64,000 nucleotides of DNA from a virus, in the IMG/VR virus record IMGVR_UViG_3300033148_003679, positions 20,324 through 84,323 of that record. One strand, written 5' to 3'. The notes beneath the pieces are model-generated. The model had not been told where the DNA came from. It worked only from the letters and a program-made list of their open reading frames with translations, and did not search any database. The number at the start of each line of letters is the position of its first letter. Position 1 is the stretch's first letter. Positions 38,280 through 48,375 of the stretch are shown in pieces. A program made the translations under genes and the position numbers.

Positions 38280-39020
38280 ATGAACTCAAAACCACTTACA
38301 AGACAAGAAGTTCTTGCTGTCGTATGGTCTAAAAAATATGGAACACGGAGCGATTTTCGAGGGAGAAATCTGCGGGGAATTGACTTATCTTATGGAAATT
38401 TGAGTTATATTGATTTACAACAGGCAGACTTATGCAATGCAAATTTACGAAACGTTAACTTGTATAAAGCAAATTTGCGCAACGCAAACTTACAGTATGC
38501 TAATTTACGATACGCCACATTACAGCATAGTCATTTGTTTAATGCCGATTTATTTAATGCAAATTTACAAAATGCAAACTTGCAATGTGTCAACTTGCAA
38601 GATGCTATATTGCAGTACGCCAATTTATCCGGTGCCAATTTGAGTGGTGCTAAAGGGTTACTAGATTCAAGTACATTTTTGACAAAACATTTTGCTTCGG
38701 ACGATTTTGGTATAATTGTATACAAAATCTTTGGCAGAATGTTTTATTCTAAACCAGATTATTGGCAAGAAAAAATCGGGGCTGTAATAGAAGAGGTCGT
38801 AGATTCGTGCCGTACTATAGATTGTGGATGCGGGATAAACTGTGCAACATGGGAATGGTGCCAGATTCTTAAAGCGTGGAGGGATACAAGGATGATAGAT
38901 ACAAGGATATGGAAATGCAGGATTCGATGGATAGATTTGGCTGATGTTGTTGTGCCGTATAATACAGATGGAAAGATACGGTGCGGTAGATTAGAGTTGA
39001 TTGAAAGAGTTGGGATGTGA
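38280..39020 (+). CDS. Pentapeptide-repeat protein with a phage C-terminal domain
   Basis: A(N/D)LxxANL repeats; CGCGIN...VVPYNTDGKIRC. Confidence 0.85.
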   Translation: MNSKPLTRQEVLAVVWSKKYGTRSDFRGRNLRGIDLSYGNLSYIDLQQADLCNANLRNVNLYKANLRNANLQYANLRYATLQHSHLFNADLFNANLQNANLQCVNLQDAILQYANLSGANLSGAKGLLDSSTFLTKHFASDDFGIIVYKIFGRMFYSKPDYWQEKIGAVIEEVVDSCRTIDCGCGINCATWEWCQILKAWRDTRMIDTRIWKCRIRWIDLADVVVPYNTDGKIRCGRLELIERVGM

Positions 39021-39103
39021 ATGGAACAGTGGGAATGGTCGGGAAAGAAATAGATATGGCGGTATTGAAATTGAAGCAAAGAGCATGAATGGAATAACAG
39101 AAA

Positions 39104-39550
39104 ATGTTTACAACAATAGAATGCGTTAAATGCGGTGGTGACGTGAAAGTTGAAAGTTGTCAGATAGATGCTCATGGAGACATTACGGTTTTATTGTCTC
39201 CGTGCAAACAGTGTGTCAAAGAAGCAAAGCAAGAGGGGTATGGCAAAGGGTTCTTACATGGATCGTGTCCTCCTCTTCCCCCTAGGACGCGACAAAGAGA
39301 ACGCGATAAGGACAGCAAGTCCGAGCCTGTCGCGGCATATTATGGTGTACGTGATAAAGAAGGGAGATGGTGGAATAGAGATACTTTGCTGGCAAAGAAC
39401 CCTTACTTACTCGATCATGCTACTGCCGCGCAGGAGATAATTAACCAGCAGACATATGGATTTGTTACCTGTATGAAGCCCAAGATTATCGCTTTTGACA
39501 AGGACAGGCAGGAGATTGTCGGAGCTGATGAAACCGTATGGCGCGGGTGA
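39104..39550 (+). CDS. Zinc-ribbon protein (N-terminus paralogous to 38031-38279)
   Basis: C..C...V..C.I...GDI.....PC in both. Confidence 0.55.
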   Translation: MFTTIECVKCGGDVKVESCQIDAHGDITVLLSPCKQCVKEAKQEGYGKGFLHGSCPPLPPRTRQRERDKDSKSEPVAAYYGVRDKEGRWWNRDTLLAKNPYLLDHATAAQEIINQQTYGFVTCMKPKIIAFDKDRQEIVGADETVWRG

Positions 39551-39771
39551 AGGAGAGAACGAATGAGCAAACCGAAACCAGAAGAGACGTTGAGCGACGG
39601 GACGGTCGTGGTGCTTGAGGGTTACACATGGCGTAGAGCTTTGTACGATGATGGTTATGGTGCGCTACGAATCGACGAACAGGCTGCGGAATCGGCATGT
39701 GATGCAGACGAACAAGTTGTAGAAGTCTGGGTAGCAAAGGCAGAGGCGAATGAAGAGAAGGAGGCAGAGAC

Positions 39772-40146
39772 ATGAAGATTAAAGAGGGATTAGACGCGGA
39801 TTGGCAACAATACGTTGAAGTTAATAGCGATCTTTATGGATCTGCTACTGTACAGTATGCTCAACGGTGGGCAGAACTGATGGAAGAACGAATGAGTGCC
39901 GGTGAATCCATCGCAGAGGGAATGGCTAAAGAAACTTCGCATGCGGCAGATACGGATGGGATTACAGTTTTTATGTATGGTGCCGCTGTAAGTATCTTGT
40001 CCCATTTCTGGGAGTACGGAGAAGAGTTGCGGCAATGGCATAACCTTTCCACTCAAATTGGTGATGAGGGCGAGAAAGCGAATGAAGATGGAGAGGTTTT
40101 GAATCCAGCGTTGTTAAGTTTTGGAAAGGCAAACGCGAGCAAGTAA
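39772..40146 (+). CDS. Hypothetical phage protein (paralog of 52935-53321)
   Basis: MKIK...QRW.ELMEE...AKETSH.ADT.GIT.FMYG.AVSILS..WE.GEELRQWHNL. Confidence 0.8.
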   Translation: MKIKEGLDADWQQYVEVNSDLYGSATVQYAQRWAELMEERMSAGESIAEGMAKETSHAADTDGITVFMYGAAVSILSHFWEYGEELRQWHNLSTQIGDEGEKANEDGEVLNPALLSFGKANASK

Positions 40147-40158
40147 GGAGATCGAGAA

Positions 40159-40716
40159 ATGAAGAAGTCGAAAGTTGTAGTGATAGGTGTTGCAGTTCTG
40201 GTTGGAGCGGTGCTTGGATTTGGCTGGGCGTGGCTGCCGGGCGGGTTGGAGTATCGGGCTGCCCAGGCGCAAGCCGAACCAGAGTTGCCGGCCAACACGA
40301 AACTGACAAGTCAGGCGGTCGATATTGTCGTTCGGGTCGCTGCCGATCTGTCAGCCCGATATGACGTCGATAAAGTCAACATCTATGTTCAGCCGCTCGG
40401 CGGCGACTGGGAACTGATATACACGGAAGAAAACGTGTTGCCAGGCGATGAGGTGCCGTTTACCGTCAATATGGCTGAAGGTACAGTCTGGTTGGTTGGC
40501 GCGACGTTGGTTGACCCCGCAGGCAAAGAAAGTGTGATGAAAGGTACATTGCGTTATCCCGGACAAGACGAGCCTCTGTACCTAGAATGGGACACGACTC
40601 CGCCGCCAGCACCTGATGTACTGTTACTTGGCTCGGCAGACGTGAACGGCGACAAGTTTGTGAACGCTATTGACATCCAGCTTGTAATCAACGCGGTATT
40701 GGGATACGTTGCGTAA
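40159..40716 (+). CDS. Exported protein with a C-terminal dockerin-like half-repeat
   Basis: Signal peptide; DTTPPPAP; ADVNGDKFVNAIDIQLVINAVLG. Confidence 0.75.
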   Translation: MKKSKVVVIGVAVLVGAVLGFGWAWLPGGLEYRAAQAQAEPELPANTKLTSQAVDIVVRVAADLSARYDVDKVNIYVQPLGGDWELIYTEENVLPGDEVPFTVNMAEGTVWLVGATLVDPAGKESVMKGTLRYPGQDEPLYLEWDTTPPPAPDVLLLGSADVNGDKFVNAIDIQLVINAVLGYVA

Positions 40717-41095
40717 AAGAATTTAAGAGAAGTGCGCGAAAGGAATAAAAATGAAACCATATCTGTTGGACGATGAACCTGTAACATCAAATGAGCTTAT
40801 TGACGCTGCAAGGCGAATTGATCCCGTCTTCGGTCAAGATGGATTTCTAACAACTTCTGGTGCCGCACGCATACTTAGAAGTGCTGGCTATGAAGTAGAA
40901 GAAAACGAGAGGCACACATGAACGGAATAGACACCGATAAACATAGCGGCGGTTGACATCCAACTCGTAATCAACGCTGCACTGGGGTACGCGTAAATAA
41001 TGATTCTGTTTTACGAACAATGGTGACCGGCTTCGCCAACTGACGTTCACATTAGACTGAACCCGTTGTTCGCGCATAAAAAGGAGAGACTCATG

Positions 41096-41572
41096 ATGCG
41101 GTATATCATAACGCAAGCGCATCTTGACGCTGCTCGAAACGCACATGCATGCGAGTCCAGGCTGAACCTATACCATGCTGGCGACAACCTGTTTGACAAA
41201 CTGACGTACGACGATGCGGTTTGGATTGAAGATAATTTGCCGGGCAATGCAAAATCGATATTGAATGCTTTCGGCGTACCGCTTTACGCTATGGCGCGCG
41301 ACGGCTGCGGCTACGGCCACGGTTACGGCTACGGCGACGGCAATGGCTATGGCTATGGTTACAGCTCCGGCGACGGTTACGGCTACGGCTATGGCTATGG
41401 CTACGGCGACGGCTCCGGCTCCGGCTCCGGCGACGGTTACGGCTACGGCTATGGCGACGGCTACAGCTCCGGTTCCGGCTTCGGTTCCGGCTTCGGCCAC
41501 GGCTCCGGCTCCGGCTACGGCTATGGCGACGGCTATGGCGACGGCTACGGCTATAGCTACTGCGACAATTAA
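41096..41572 (+). CDS. Gly/Tyr/Asp-rich repeat protein
   Basis: GYGYGDG repeats; paralog of 41965-42339. Confidence 0.75.
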   Translation: MRYIITQAHLDAARNAHACESRLNLYHAGDNLFDKLTYDDAVWIEDNLPGNAKSILNAFGVPLYAMARDGCGYGHGYGYGDGNGYGYGYSSGDGYGYGYGYGYGDGSGSGSGDGYGYGYGDGYSSGSGFGSGFGHGSGSGYGYGDGYGDGYGYSYCDN

Positions 41573-41670
41573 CATCGGGTTTGTGATCAACGCGGTGCCG
41601 GGATGGGTATAGGCGACACGTTGGATGATAATGTTGTTGGACGAAACAAAACGAACATGAGGAGACAAAC

Positions 41671-41968
41671 GATGACTAACAAAAAGAGACATGTAATTGT
41701 GACCACAGACTCTAGCCGACGAGGGGTATTTTTCGGAACGCTCAAATCGGGTGATGTCGGTAGCCCGGTAGAGTTGACAGATGCTCGGATGATCGTCTAT
41801 TGGTCTGCCGCCACACATGGGGTACTTGGCTTGGCGGCGACAGGCCCGGCAGATGGGTCGAGAGTGGGGCCCAGTGTACCACAAATCCGGCTCGATGGTG
41901 TAACGGCGATCATCGAGTGTACACCAGAAGCTGTTGCACGATTTGCAAGCGGTGAACTCTGGAGTTGA
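41671..41968 (+). CDS. DUF6948-like phage protein
   Basis: VIVTT..RGVFFG...L.DAR...W...LA..GP...IIECT.EA. Confidence 0.7.
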
Positions 41969-42339
41969 AAACGATGATGCGATACATCATAACGCAGGCG
42001 GATATTGACGCTGCCAGAACAGCACGTGCATGTGAAAATAGACTGAACCTATACCATGTTGGCGACGATCTGTTTGACAAGCTGACGTATACAGATGCAG
42101 TCTGGATCGAAGATAAATTGCCGGACAGTGCAAAAACGATATTGAATGCTTTTAGCGTACCGCTTTACGCTATGGCGCGCGACGGCTGCGGCGACGGCTT
42201 CGGCTACGGCGACGGCTCCGGCTTCGGCTTCGGCTATGGCTACAGCTCCGGTTCCGGCTTCGGCTCCGGCTTCGGCTACGGCTACAGCGACGGTTCTGGC
42301 GACGGCTTCGGCCACGGCTACGGCAGCGGCGACAATTAA
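41965..42339 (+). CDS. Gly-rich repeat protein (paralog)
   Basis: MMRYIITQA...AC...DKLTY.DAVWIED...YAMARDG shared with 41096. Confidence 0.75.
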   Translation: MKTMMRYIITQADIDAARTARACENRLNLYHVGDDLFDKLTYTDAVWIEDKLPDSAKTILNAFSVPLYAMARDGCGDGFGYGDGSGFGFGYGYSSGSGFGSGFGYGYSDGSGDGFGHGYGSGDN

Positions 42340-43088
42340 CATCGGGTTTGTGATCAACGCGGTGCCGAGATGGGCATAGCATGAAAGGATGAAATGATGG
42401 ATTGGGAATATATAAATACTTGGGTACGGGCGATGTCTCAAGAGTTCGGCGGCATTGTGTATGATAAAGAAGACGGAAACAGACGCCTTGATTGGGGGCA
42501 AGCATTATGTCGCCAAGTGTTCGGGATTGATTGGATGAACAATCCTGCATGGCGAGATGCTGACAATTCGCCGACAGTTCCCCTTGAGGTATGGAAAGCT
42601 GCGAAAAAATGGCGTCATGGCGATTGGCCTGAATGGGCAGAGGTATAAACCAATGAAATAACTTTTGCAGCCAGCGGCGGCGCGATGGCGCGTCGGTAAG
42701 GGTATGCGCTCTTGCTATCAGGATTAGTGGTGCGACGACAGCCCATGTAAAGGTCGGAAAAGGCGTATACGTGAAGGGAAGTACGGTGGGGTAACCGTAC
42801 CTGCTGGCCGCGCATGAAAGGAAACGGATGATGATACAGACATTGAACGGAGTTTTAATTCCCGAAACCATAGCTGAGGCAGAGTTTCTATATGATGGGA
42901 CAAACGATATTTCCGATCTCGACAATCCCGACAAGACATCTGCCGAGGCCGTAGCAAGACACCTTGCAGAACAAAAGGCAAAATACGGAATAAGAGACTG
43001 ACCATGCGGCCAGCGGCGATCTGGCATGTAGCACAATTCTAGATCGATGCTTGGCCAGATTCCTGCTGGCCGCGCATGAAAGGATGAG

Positions 43089-43313
43089 ATGATGAGAAGA
43101 GATTTGATATTCAAAGTGCATGAGACTTGCCGAGATAAAAAATATCCAGGCGTAGCTGATCTTTTCGCTTTCAACGAAACTATTGATGCTGGGATTGGCA
43201 GTGCTTATACTTCAGTAACAATGGATCTTCTTGAAGATCTTGATACTGAACTTGCCACAAGAGTTATGGCTGGAGAGACAATAAGATGTCGATTGGAAAT
43301 TGTAACTGACTAA
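43089..43313 (+). CDS. Hypothetical protein
   Basis: Uses the AAAGGA RBS supplied by the repeat element. Confidence 0.6.
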   Translation: MMRRDLIFKVHETCRDKKYPGVADLFAFNETIDAGIGSAYTSVTMDLLEDLDTELATRVMAGETIRCRLEIVTD

Positions 43314-43360
43314 CTTTTGCAGCCAGTGGCAACGTATAAACTCAACGCGGCAAAAGAGGG

Positions 43361-43642
43361 GTGTACAGAATGAGAATAGCAACACTACCTAATTGCAGTG
43401 AATGTGGGCGATTTTGTATCCCACAAGATAGCGGCACAATGTATGGTAGTTATAATGATTATGAGCCGCCCGAAGATGTTCTGTTGTGCCCACGTTGTGC
43501 CGATAGAAAGATGGCAGAAGCGATAAGGGCCCCCGCAACAATCATAGTCGGGTGTTGGTGGAGGAAACCGGATTATGTATCTGTAGCAAAAAGTATTTTA
43601 CGCCACAGAAGGAAACATGGCAATGTTCAAGACCCTAAGTGA
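43361..43642 (+). CDS. Zinc-binding hypothetical protein
   Basis: CSECGRF...LCPRC. Confidence 0.55.
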   Translation: MYRMRIATLPNCSECGRFCIPQDSGTMYGSYNDYEPPEDVLLCPRCADRKMAEAIRAPATIIVGCWWRKPDYVSVAKSILRHRRKHGNVQDPK

Positions 43643-43821
43643 TACGAAGTATATTGGTGTTGACCCGGGATTGTAACTGACTGACCGTGCGGCCAGCGGC
43701 GGTGCTGTAGCGTCGGGTGGTTGGTGAGGTTGACGTTGTGGCTACAGGAACAGGCAACTCGCGGGTAAAGTGTAGGGCTGAGGTTACCCCTACCCGCTGG
43801 CCGCGCATGAAAGGGCATGAA

Positions 43822-44043
43822 ATGATGACGACACGTTTCCAGTACATCCATTTCGTGAGAGTAGAACAGAAGAAAAAGACCTCGGTCTGGAGTTGTCGAA
43901 ACAATCAATCTGGCGTAGAGTTGGGAATGGTTAAATGGTATTCGGCCTGGCGGCGGTATTGCTATTTCCCGACTACACAGGGCATATATAGTGCTGGTTG
44001 CCTGAGAGATATTAGATTGTTTATGAGCGCATTAAGAGGCTAG
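43822..44043 (+). CDS. Hypothetical phage protein
   Basis: KKTSVW...LG.VKWY..WRRYCYFP...Y...CL.DI..F. Confidence 0.65.
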   Translation: MMTTRFQYIHFVRVEQKKKTSVWSCRNNQSGVELGMVKWYSAWRRYCYFPTTQGIYSAGCLRDIRLFMSALRG

Positions 44044-44279
44044 AAACTAATGGAACAAAGGGATTGACCATGCGGCCAGCGGCGACGCTGTATGAAAGGA
44101 TGGGATGATGGATGAAGAAGAATGTGAACAATGTGGCAGAGACATGTCGAGTGTCAGGAATGTCACTGCGATTATTGTGAAAGATGTATTACATCGCACG
44201 GGTGTGACGTAGACAAGGATGGAGAGAAGCTGCCGACAGATGAGTAAAATGAATAGCCGCGCATGAAAGGGTGACGATG

Positions 44280-44591
44280 ATGGGAGAACCCAAGATGACA
44301 GAATGCGGTATGTGTCTTGAGACGTACAGCGCCGACGAGATGACAACCCGATTCTTCTTTCACAAGGATAAACGGTATGAGATCGTCTTGTGCCTGGGAT
44401 GCTGTAAACACTGGGACTGGATGCCGGACGGGCAGATATACCGATGTATCGTATGCCGTCAGAATCGCTCTATACTCGACGACAAAGGTGTACCCATCAC
44501 AGCATACACATTGCCGCTCAATCGTGGCCCTGTGCCCATATCGGGTGCCCTGTGCGCGGAATGTTGCGAGGCTTGGGGGATCGAGGTGTGA
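44280..44591 (+). CDS. Multi-Cys protein (paralog of 17236-17661)
   Basis: ECGMC...YEIVLC..CC..WD...RCIVC...LCAECC. Confidence 0.65.
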   Translation: MGEPKMTECGMCLETYSADEMTTRFFFHKDKRYEIVLCLGCCKHWDWMPDGQIYRCIVCRQNRSILDDKGVPITAYTLPLNRGPVPISGALCAECCEAWGIEV

Positions 44592-44657
44592 ATCATGGCT
44601 TGGCTATATATGCCGGAATTGGCAGACTCGAATTGAGAATAGAAAGGAGTAGCAGAT

Positions 44658-45410
44658 ATGGCTGAACATCCGATTCCATTTAACGGCAAGATGGTGCGAG
44701 CGATCCTTGCCGACGAAAAGACACAGACGCGGCAGGTTATCATGCCACAGCCGCCTGAATGGGTACACGAGCTTCGTGTTGGTGTAAGCGGTTTGTGGGT
44801 TGGTTTTGACAAGAACGGTCAAGAGCAAGGATATGAAGTACGTTGTCCTTACGGTGAGCCGGGCGACACGCTCTGGATAAAAGAGACATTTGCAATCAAA
44901 TATCGGTTGCCGTTGCCACCATCACTTGGAGACACATATGAAAGGTATGAACCGGATACGAGACATGGCGTTGTGTATAAAGCCGACGGGGTAAGCATTG
45001 ACAGTGAAGGTGGGGAAAAATGGACGCCTTCGATCCACATGCCGCGCTGGGCATCTCGGATCGATCTGGTCAAAACGGATGGCCGGGTTGAACGGGTACA
45101 GGAGATAAGCCGACGAGACGCGCTTGCAGAGGGCGTTCTCACGTGGCGCGACAGTATGACTTGGGAAGAGACAGTTGAGAAATATGGTGAAGCCCGAGCA
45201 TTAGCTCTTGTTGGCCATCCTGTTGAATGTTTTGCATATATGTGGAATTCGATCTACACAAAACCTCGTCCCCGAATCCGAGACGGCGCGATTGCGTTTT
45301 ACGAGAGTTTCCCTTGGGGCGGCGAGAAAAAGACTGGTGAATATCGCGGTAAACCGTGGCATATACAACCGAACCCCCTAGTCTGGGTAACAGAGTTTGA
45401 GCGGTTATGA
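44658..45410 (+). CDS. ASCH/PUA-like phage protein
   Basis: PIPFNGKMVRAIL...KTQTRQV, CPYG.PGD.LWIKET, WTPSIHMPRWASRI, NP.VWV.EF. Confidence 0.8.
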   Translation: MAEHPIPFNGKMVRAILADEKTQTRQVIMPQPPEWVHELRVGVSGLWVGFDKNGQEQGYEVRCPYGEPGDTLWIKETFAIKYRLPLPPSLGDTYERYEPDTRHGVVYKADGVSIDSEGGEKWTPSIHMPRWASRIDLVKTDGRVERVQEISRRDALAEGVLTWRDSMTWEETVEKYGEARALALVGHPVECFAYMWNSIYTKPRPRIRDGAIAFYESFPWGGEKKTGEYRGKPWHIQPNPLVWVTEFERL

Positions 45411-45606
45411 AAGGAGAAAGACATGGACGCAAAACTAGTAGCGGACTTAAGACGTGCCCGTGATGAGGTGGCAGACGCTTATGACAAAATCGCAGTTGCA
45501 TATAGGGCAGTGGGTCTTATATATCACGAAGCCGAAGCCGAGTATATGAGGGCCGAGAAGGAAAAACGCGATAGGACAAAGCAAGAAGAACGGCAGGGTT
45601 ATAACG

Positions 45607-45888
45607 ATGGGTGAACAAGACGATTTGGCTGAAGTGAAGGATGCAAGTCCTGTATTGCTCGACGAGCAAGGTCACTTGTGGTGCAAGGATGTAGGTACTC
45701 TACATGAATTCGCCAAAAAGCTGGGGATGAAAAACGAGTGGTTCCAAAAAGGCAGGCACCATTCAAATCGCCATTATGACGTGTGGGGATCAAAACGAGT
45801 AGCGGCGATTAAAGCTGGGGCTATGGTGATAACATCTCGTGAGCTTCTGCGGCGAATCAAAGAGGAGCGAGCCGATGGGCGAAAATGA
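45607..45888 (+). CDS. DUF4031-like protein
   Basis: HL...LHEFA..LG...WFQ...HYDV...R..AI.AGA. Confidence 0.75.
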   Translation: MGEQDDLAEVKDASPVLLDEQGHLWCKDVGTLHEFAKKLGMKNEWFQKGRHHSNRHYDVWGSKRVAAIKAGAMVITSRELLRRIKEERADGRK

Positions 45889-46070
45889 AGAACAGCGATG
45901 TAAAAACTGTCGGTATTGGCGTTCTATGCCAAGCAGATACGAAGGTTTATGTCATCTATTGCCACCCGTTCAGGTATTGAGTAGTATTGGGCCGACAATG
46001 AGTTTCCCTGTAACTCACCCTGATGCTTGGTGTGGTCAATGGAATGCCCGGGGAGAGAAGGAGAAATGCG

Positions 46071-46688
46071 ATGTTATATAAAACGATACTAGCCGACCCG
46101 CCATGGTCGTACCGGAACAAGAATACGGGCGGGTCGATGACAAGTGGCTCGGCAACGAAATATCCGACGATGACTATAGCGGAGATTGGGGCATTGGATG
46201 TAGCGAGCATCGCGGCGAGAGATGCTGTGCTGTTCTTGTGGGCGACCGTCCCCCTATTGCCTGAAGTGATGCCAGTGCTCGCAATGTGGGGTTTCACGTA
46301 CAAGACTGCATTGTTTTGGGTGAAGACTGGGCGAAATGGGATGGGTTTCTGGTTCAGAGGGGGCGTGGAAATGTGTCTCGTCGGAGCGCGTCGAGGGACA
46401 AAAGCATTGAGATCGCAGCAGTCAAACGTGATCTATGCTCCTGTAAGAGCACATTCACAGAAGCCAGAAGAGTTCTACAACCTCGTGGAACCAGTGACAA
46501 AGGGACCAAGGGTTGAATTGTTCGCACGAGCAGTGCGACCAGGCTGGCGCTCAATTGGGTTGGAAACTAACGGCGAACGGCTATCTGTTGAGGATTTCAT
46601 CCGAGAGGAGACACAACGATGTGCGAACATGACGAACAGAAAACACAAGACGAAGATGCCGTCTGTGCGCGATGCGGACGGCATGTAG
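46071..46688 (+). CDS. MT-A70-family adenine methyltransferase
   Basis: ILADPPW, LFLWAT, WGF.YKT..W.K, HSQKP, ELFAR. Confidence 0.9.
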   Translation: MLYKTILADPPWSYRNKNTGGSMTSGSATKYPTMTIAEIGALDVASIAARDAVLFLWATVPLLPEVMPVLAMWGFTYKTALFWVKTGRNGMGFWFRGGVEMCLVGARRGTKALRSQQSNVIYAPVRAHSQKPEEFYNLVEPVTKGPRVELFARAVRPGWRSIGLETNGERLSVEDFIREETQRCANMTNRKHKTKMPSVRDADGM

Positions 46689-46806
46689 ACATGGTGATTC
46701 AGCTTTCATGGTTGGGCAGAGAGAGCCGGCCACTGTGTAGAAAATGCTTTGATGCGGCATGTGCAGAAACAGTGAAAAGGGCAAAGAAGTCTCGGAAGGA
46801 AACGCG

Positions 46807-47520
46807 ATGAGTAAAACCACTGGTATAGAGTGGGCTGACGCAACATGGAACCCGTGGCAGGGATGTCATAAAATCGATGAAGGGTGTCAGAACTGCTATA
46901 TGTACCAAGAGAAGTTACGGTTTGGACAAAACCCGACGAGAGTTATACGGTCAAAACCTGCGACATTTAATGCTCCGCTGAAGTGGACGGAACCGCGCAG
47001 GATATTTGTCTGTTCATGGTCAGACTTTTTTGTCAAAGAAGCGGACGAATGGCGGGAAGAAGCATATCAAGTCATGTGCCAGACACCGTGGCATACATAC
47101 ATGGTTTTGACTAAACGACCAGAACGTATTAAAGACAATACTTTTCCTGAAAATATGTGGATTGGCGTTTCGGTATCAAGGTGTGGAATAAGAGGAGCGC
47201 AACGAATAGAAGGTCTGCTTTCTCTCAAATCGCCCATCTTGCGATTCGTGAGTTTTGAGCCGTTACTTCAGCGGGTAACTTGTTCTCTGGATGGTATAAA
47301 CTGGGTAATTTGCGGATGTGAATCGGGACCATATCGACGGCCTTTTGACGAATGGTGGGCTAGAGATTTGCGAGATCAATGCCTTGCAAACAATATCCCC
47401 TTTTTCTACAAACAGGGGCGGGACGAACAGGGCAAGGTTGTTCGTTTGCCAAAGCTGGATGGACAGGTATGGGCACAGATTCCAGATGTGCAGAAGGGTC
47501 ATAACGATGGGCGAATATGA
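46807..47520 (+). CDS. DUF5131 / phage Gp37-Gp68 family (radical-SAM-like) protein
   Basis: IEWADATWNPWQGC.K...GC.NCY, LTKRP, SFEPLL, WVICG.ESG, FFYKQ. Confidence 0.9.
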   Translation: MSKTTGIEWADATWNPWQGCHKIDEGCQNCYMYQEKLRFGQNPTRVIRSKPATFNAPLKWTEPRRIFVCSWSDFFVKEADEWREEAYQVMCQTPWHTYMVLTKRPERIKDNTFPENMWIGVSVSRCGIRGAQRIEGLLSLKSPILRFVSFEPLLQRVTCSLDGINWVICGCESGPYRRPFDEWWARDLRDQCLANNIPFFYKQGRDEQGKVVRLPKLDGQVWAQIPDVQKGHNDGRI

Positions 47521-48006
47521 CGGGCATAATACGCGACAAGCGCATGTATTGATGGCAGCGTGTCGATATGCACTATCGCAGGCAGAAACGCACGGGTTTT
47601 TTGAAGACGATATAGTTTTGGAGATTGTATTGGAATGGGATAATTTGAGTCCAGTAGACCGTGTCATGATTCTCGCTGATATAGAAGCTGCGGAGAGAGA
47701 TACACCTTGTCTGCCCAATGTATGGAAAAAGATCGCGAGGCTAGGAGTATACGACGATGAAACGTAAGTGGGTTAACGAAGAGCAGATATGCAAAACATG
47801 TTGGGCGTATGACTCGGATATGGCATGTCCCTGTTGCGGTACGCCGATTGGAGATGGGTGGGGATGGTGTCGCGAATATGAACGTGTAACGCGGGCGCAA
47901 AGTACGTGTGTGTACTGGGGCGAAGGTGCTGAAGGGTACGGCCAAATACGAGAGGCACTTGAGAAATTGATTAAAGCAAACCAAGAAGAGCGGAAAGGTC
48001 ATAACG

Positions 48007-48375
48007 ATGAGCGAACAGACAGAGAATAAAGACGAAGCGGGATACAGTGGATGTGGGCTCGTCTTCGAGGTACAGACAGCCGAAAATCTCATTTGTGGTC
48101 AAGATGGGCTGTGCTCCGAATGTGCAAAACGTCTTGCGGCAGAAAACGCGGTATGGCAAAAGCGGTGGGCGGCCATGTCGTGCTCTGTGGAAGATGCTGA
48201 ATCTGCCGCATGGCTCGACGATACGGTATGGGAAACAGAGAACCCGCTGTTGCAGTTCTGGTTCAAAGTCCAAGAGATAATCGAACAAGTGGAAACCGAT
48301 TATCCGCTACCAGATCGAGGATACCAGATCGAGGAGATAGAAAGGAGAGAAAACGCGAATGGAACGAGAAACTGA
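48007..48375 (+). CDS. Hypothetical protein
   Basis: ORF in operon. Confidence 0.5.
   Translation: MSEQTENKDEAGYSGCGLVFEVQTAENLICGQDGLCSECAKRLAAENAVWQKRWAAMSCSVEDAESAAWLDDTVWETENPLLQFWFKVQEIIEQVETDYPLPDRGYQIEEIERRENANGTRN

Larger units (their letters stand above)
42659..44271 (+). repeat. Dispersed palindromic elements GCGGCCAGCGG ... CC(T/-)GCTGGCCGCGCATGAAAGG between small genes
   Basis: Full copies at 42667-42822, 42996-43084, 43679-43815; partial copies at 43311, 44062-44100, 44256-44271. Confidence 0.85.

Noticed and set aside
41168-43174. Ala/Val-rich and Arg/Ser-rich ORFs on other frames or the minus strand
   Set aside because: Shadows of the Gly-rich repeat genes.
42667-43815. tRNA genes
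   Set aside because: Stems are present, but I found no TTCGA T-loop, D-loop or anticodon arm. I recognised no tRNA anywhere in the window.
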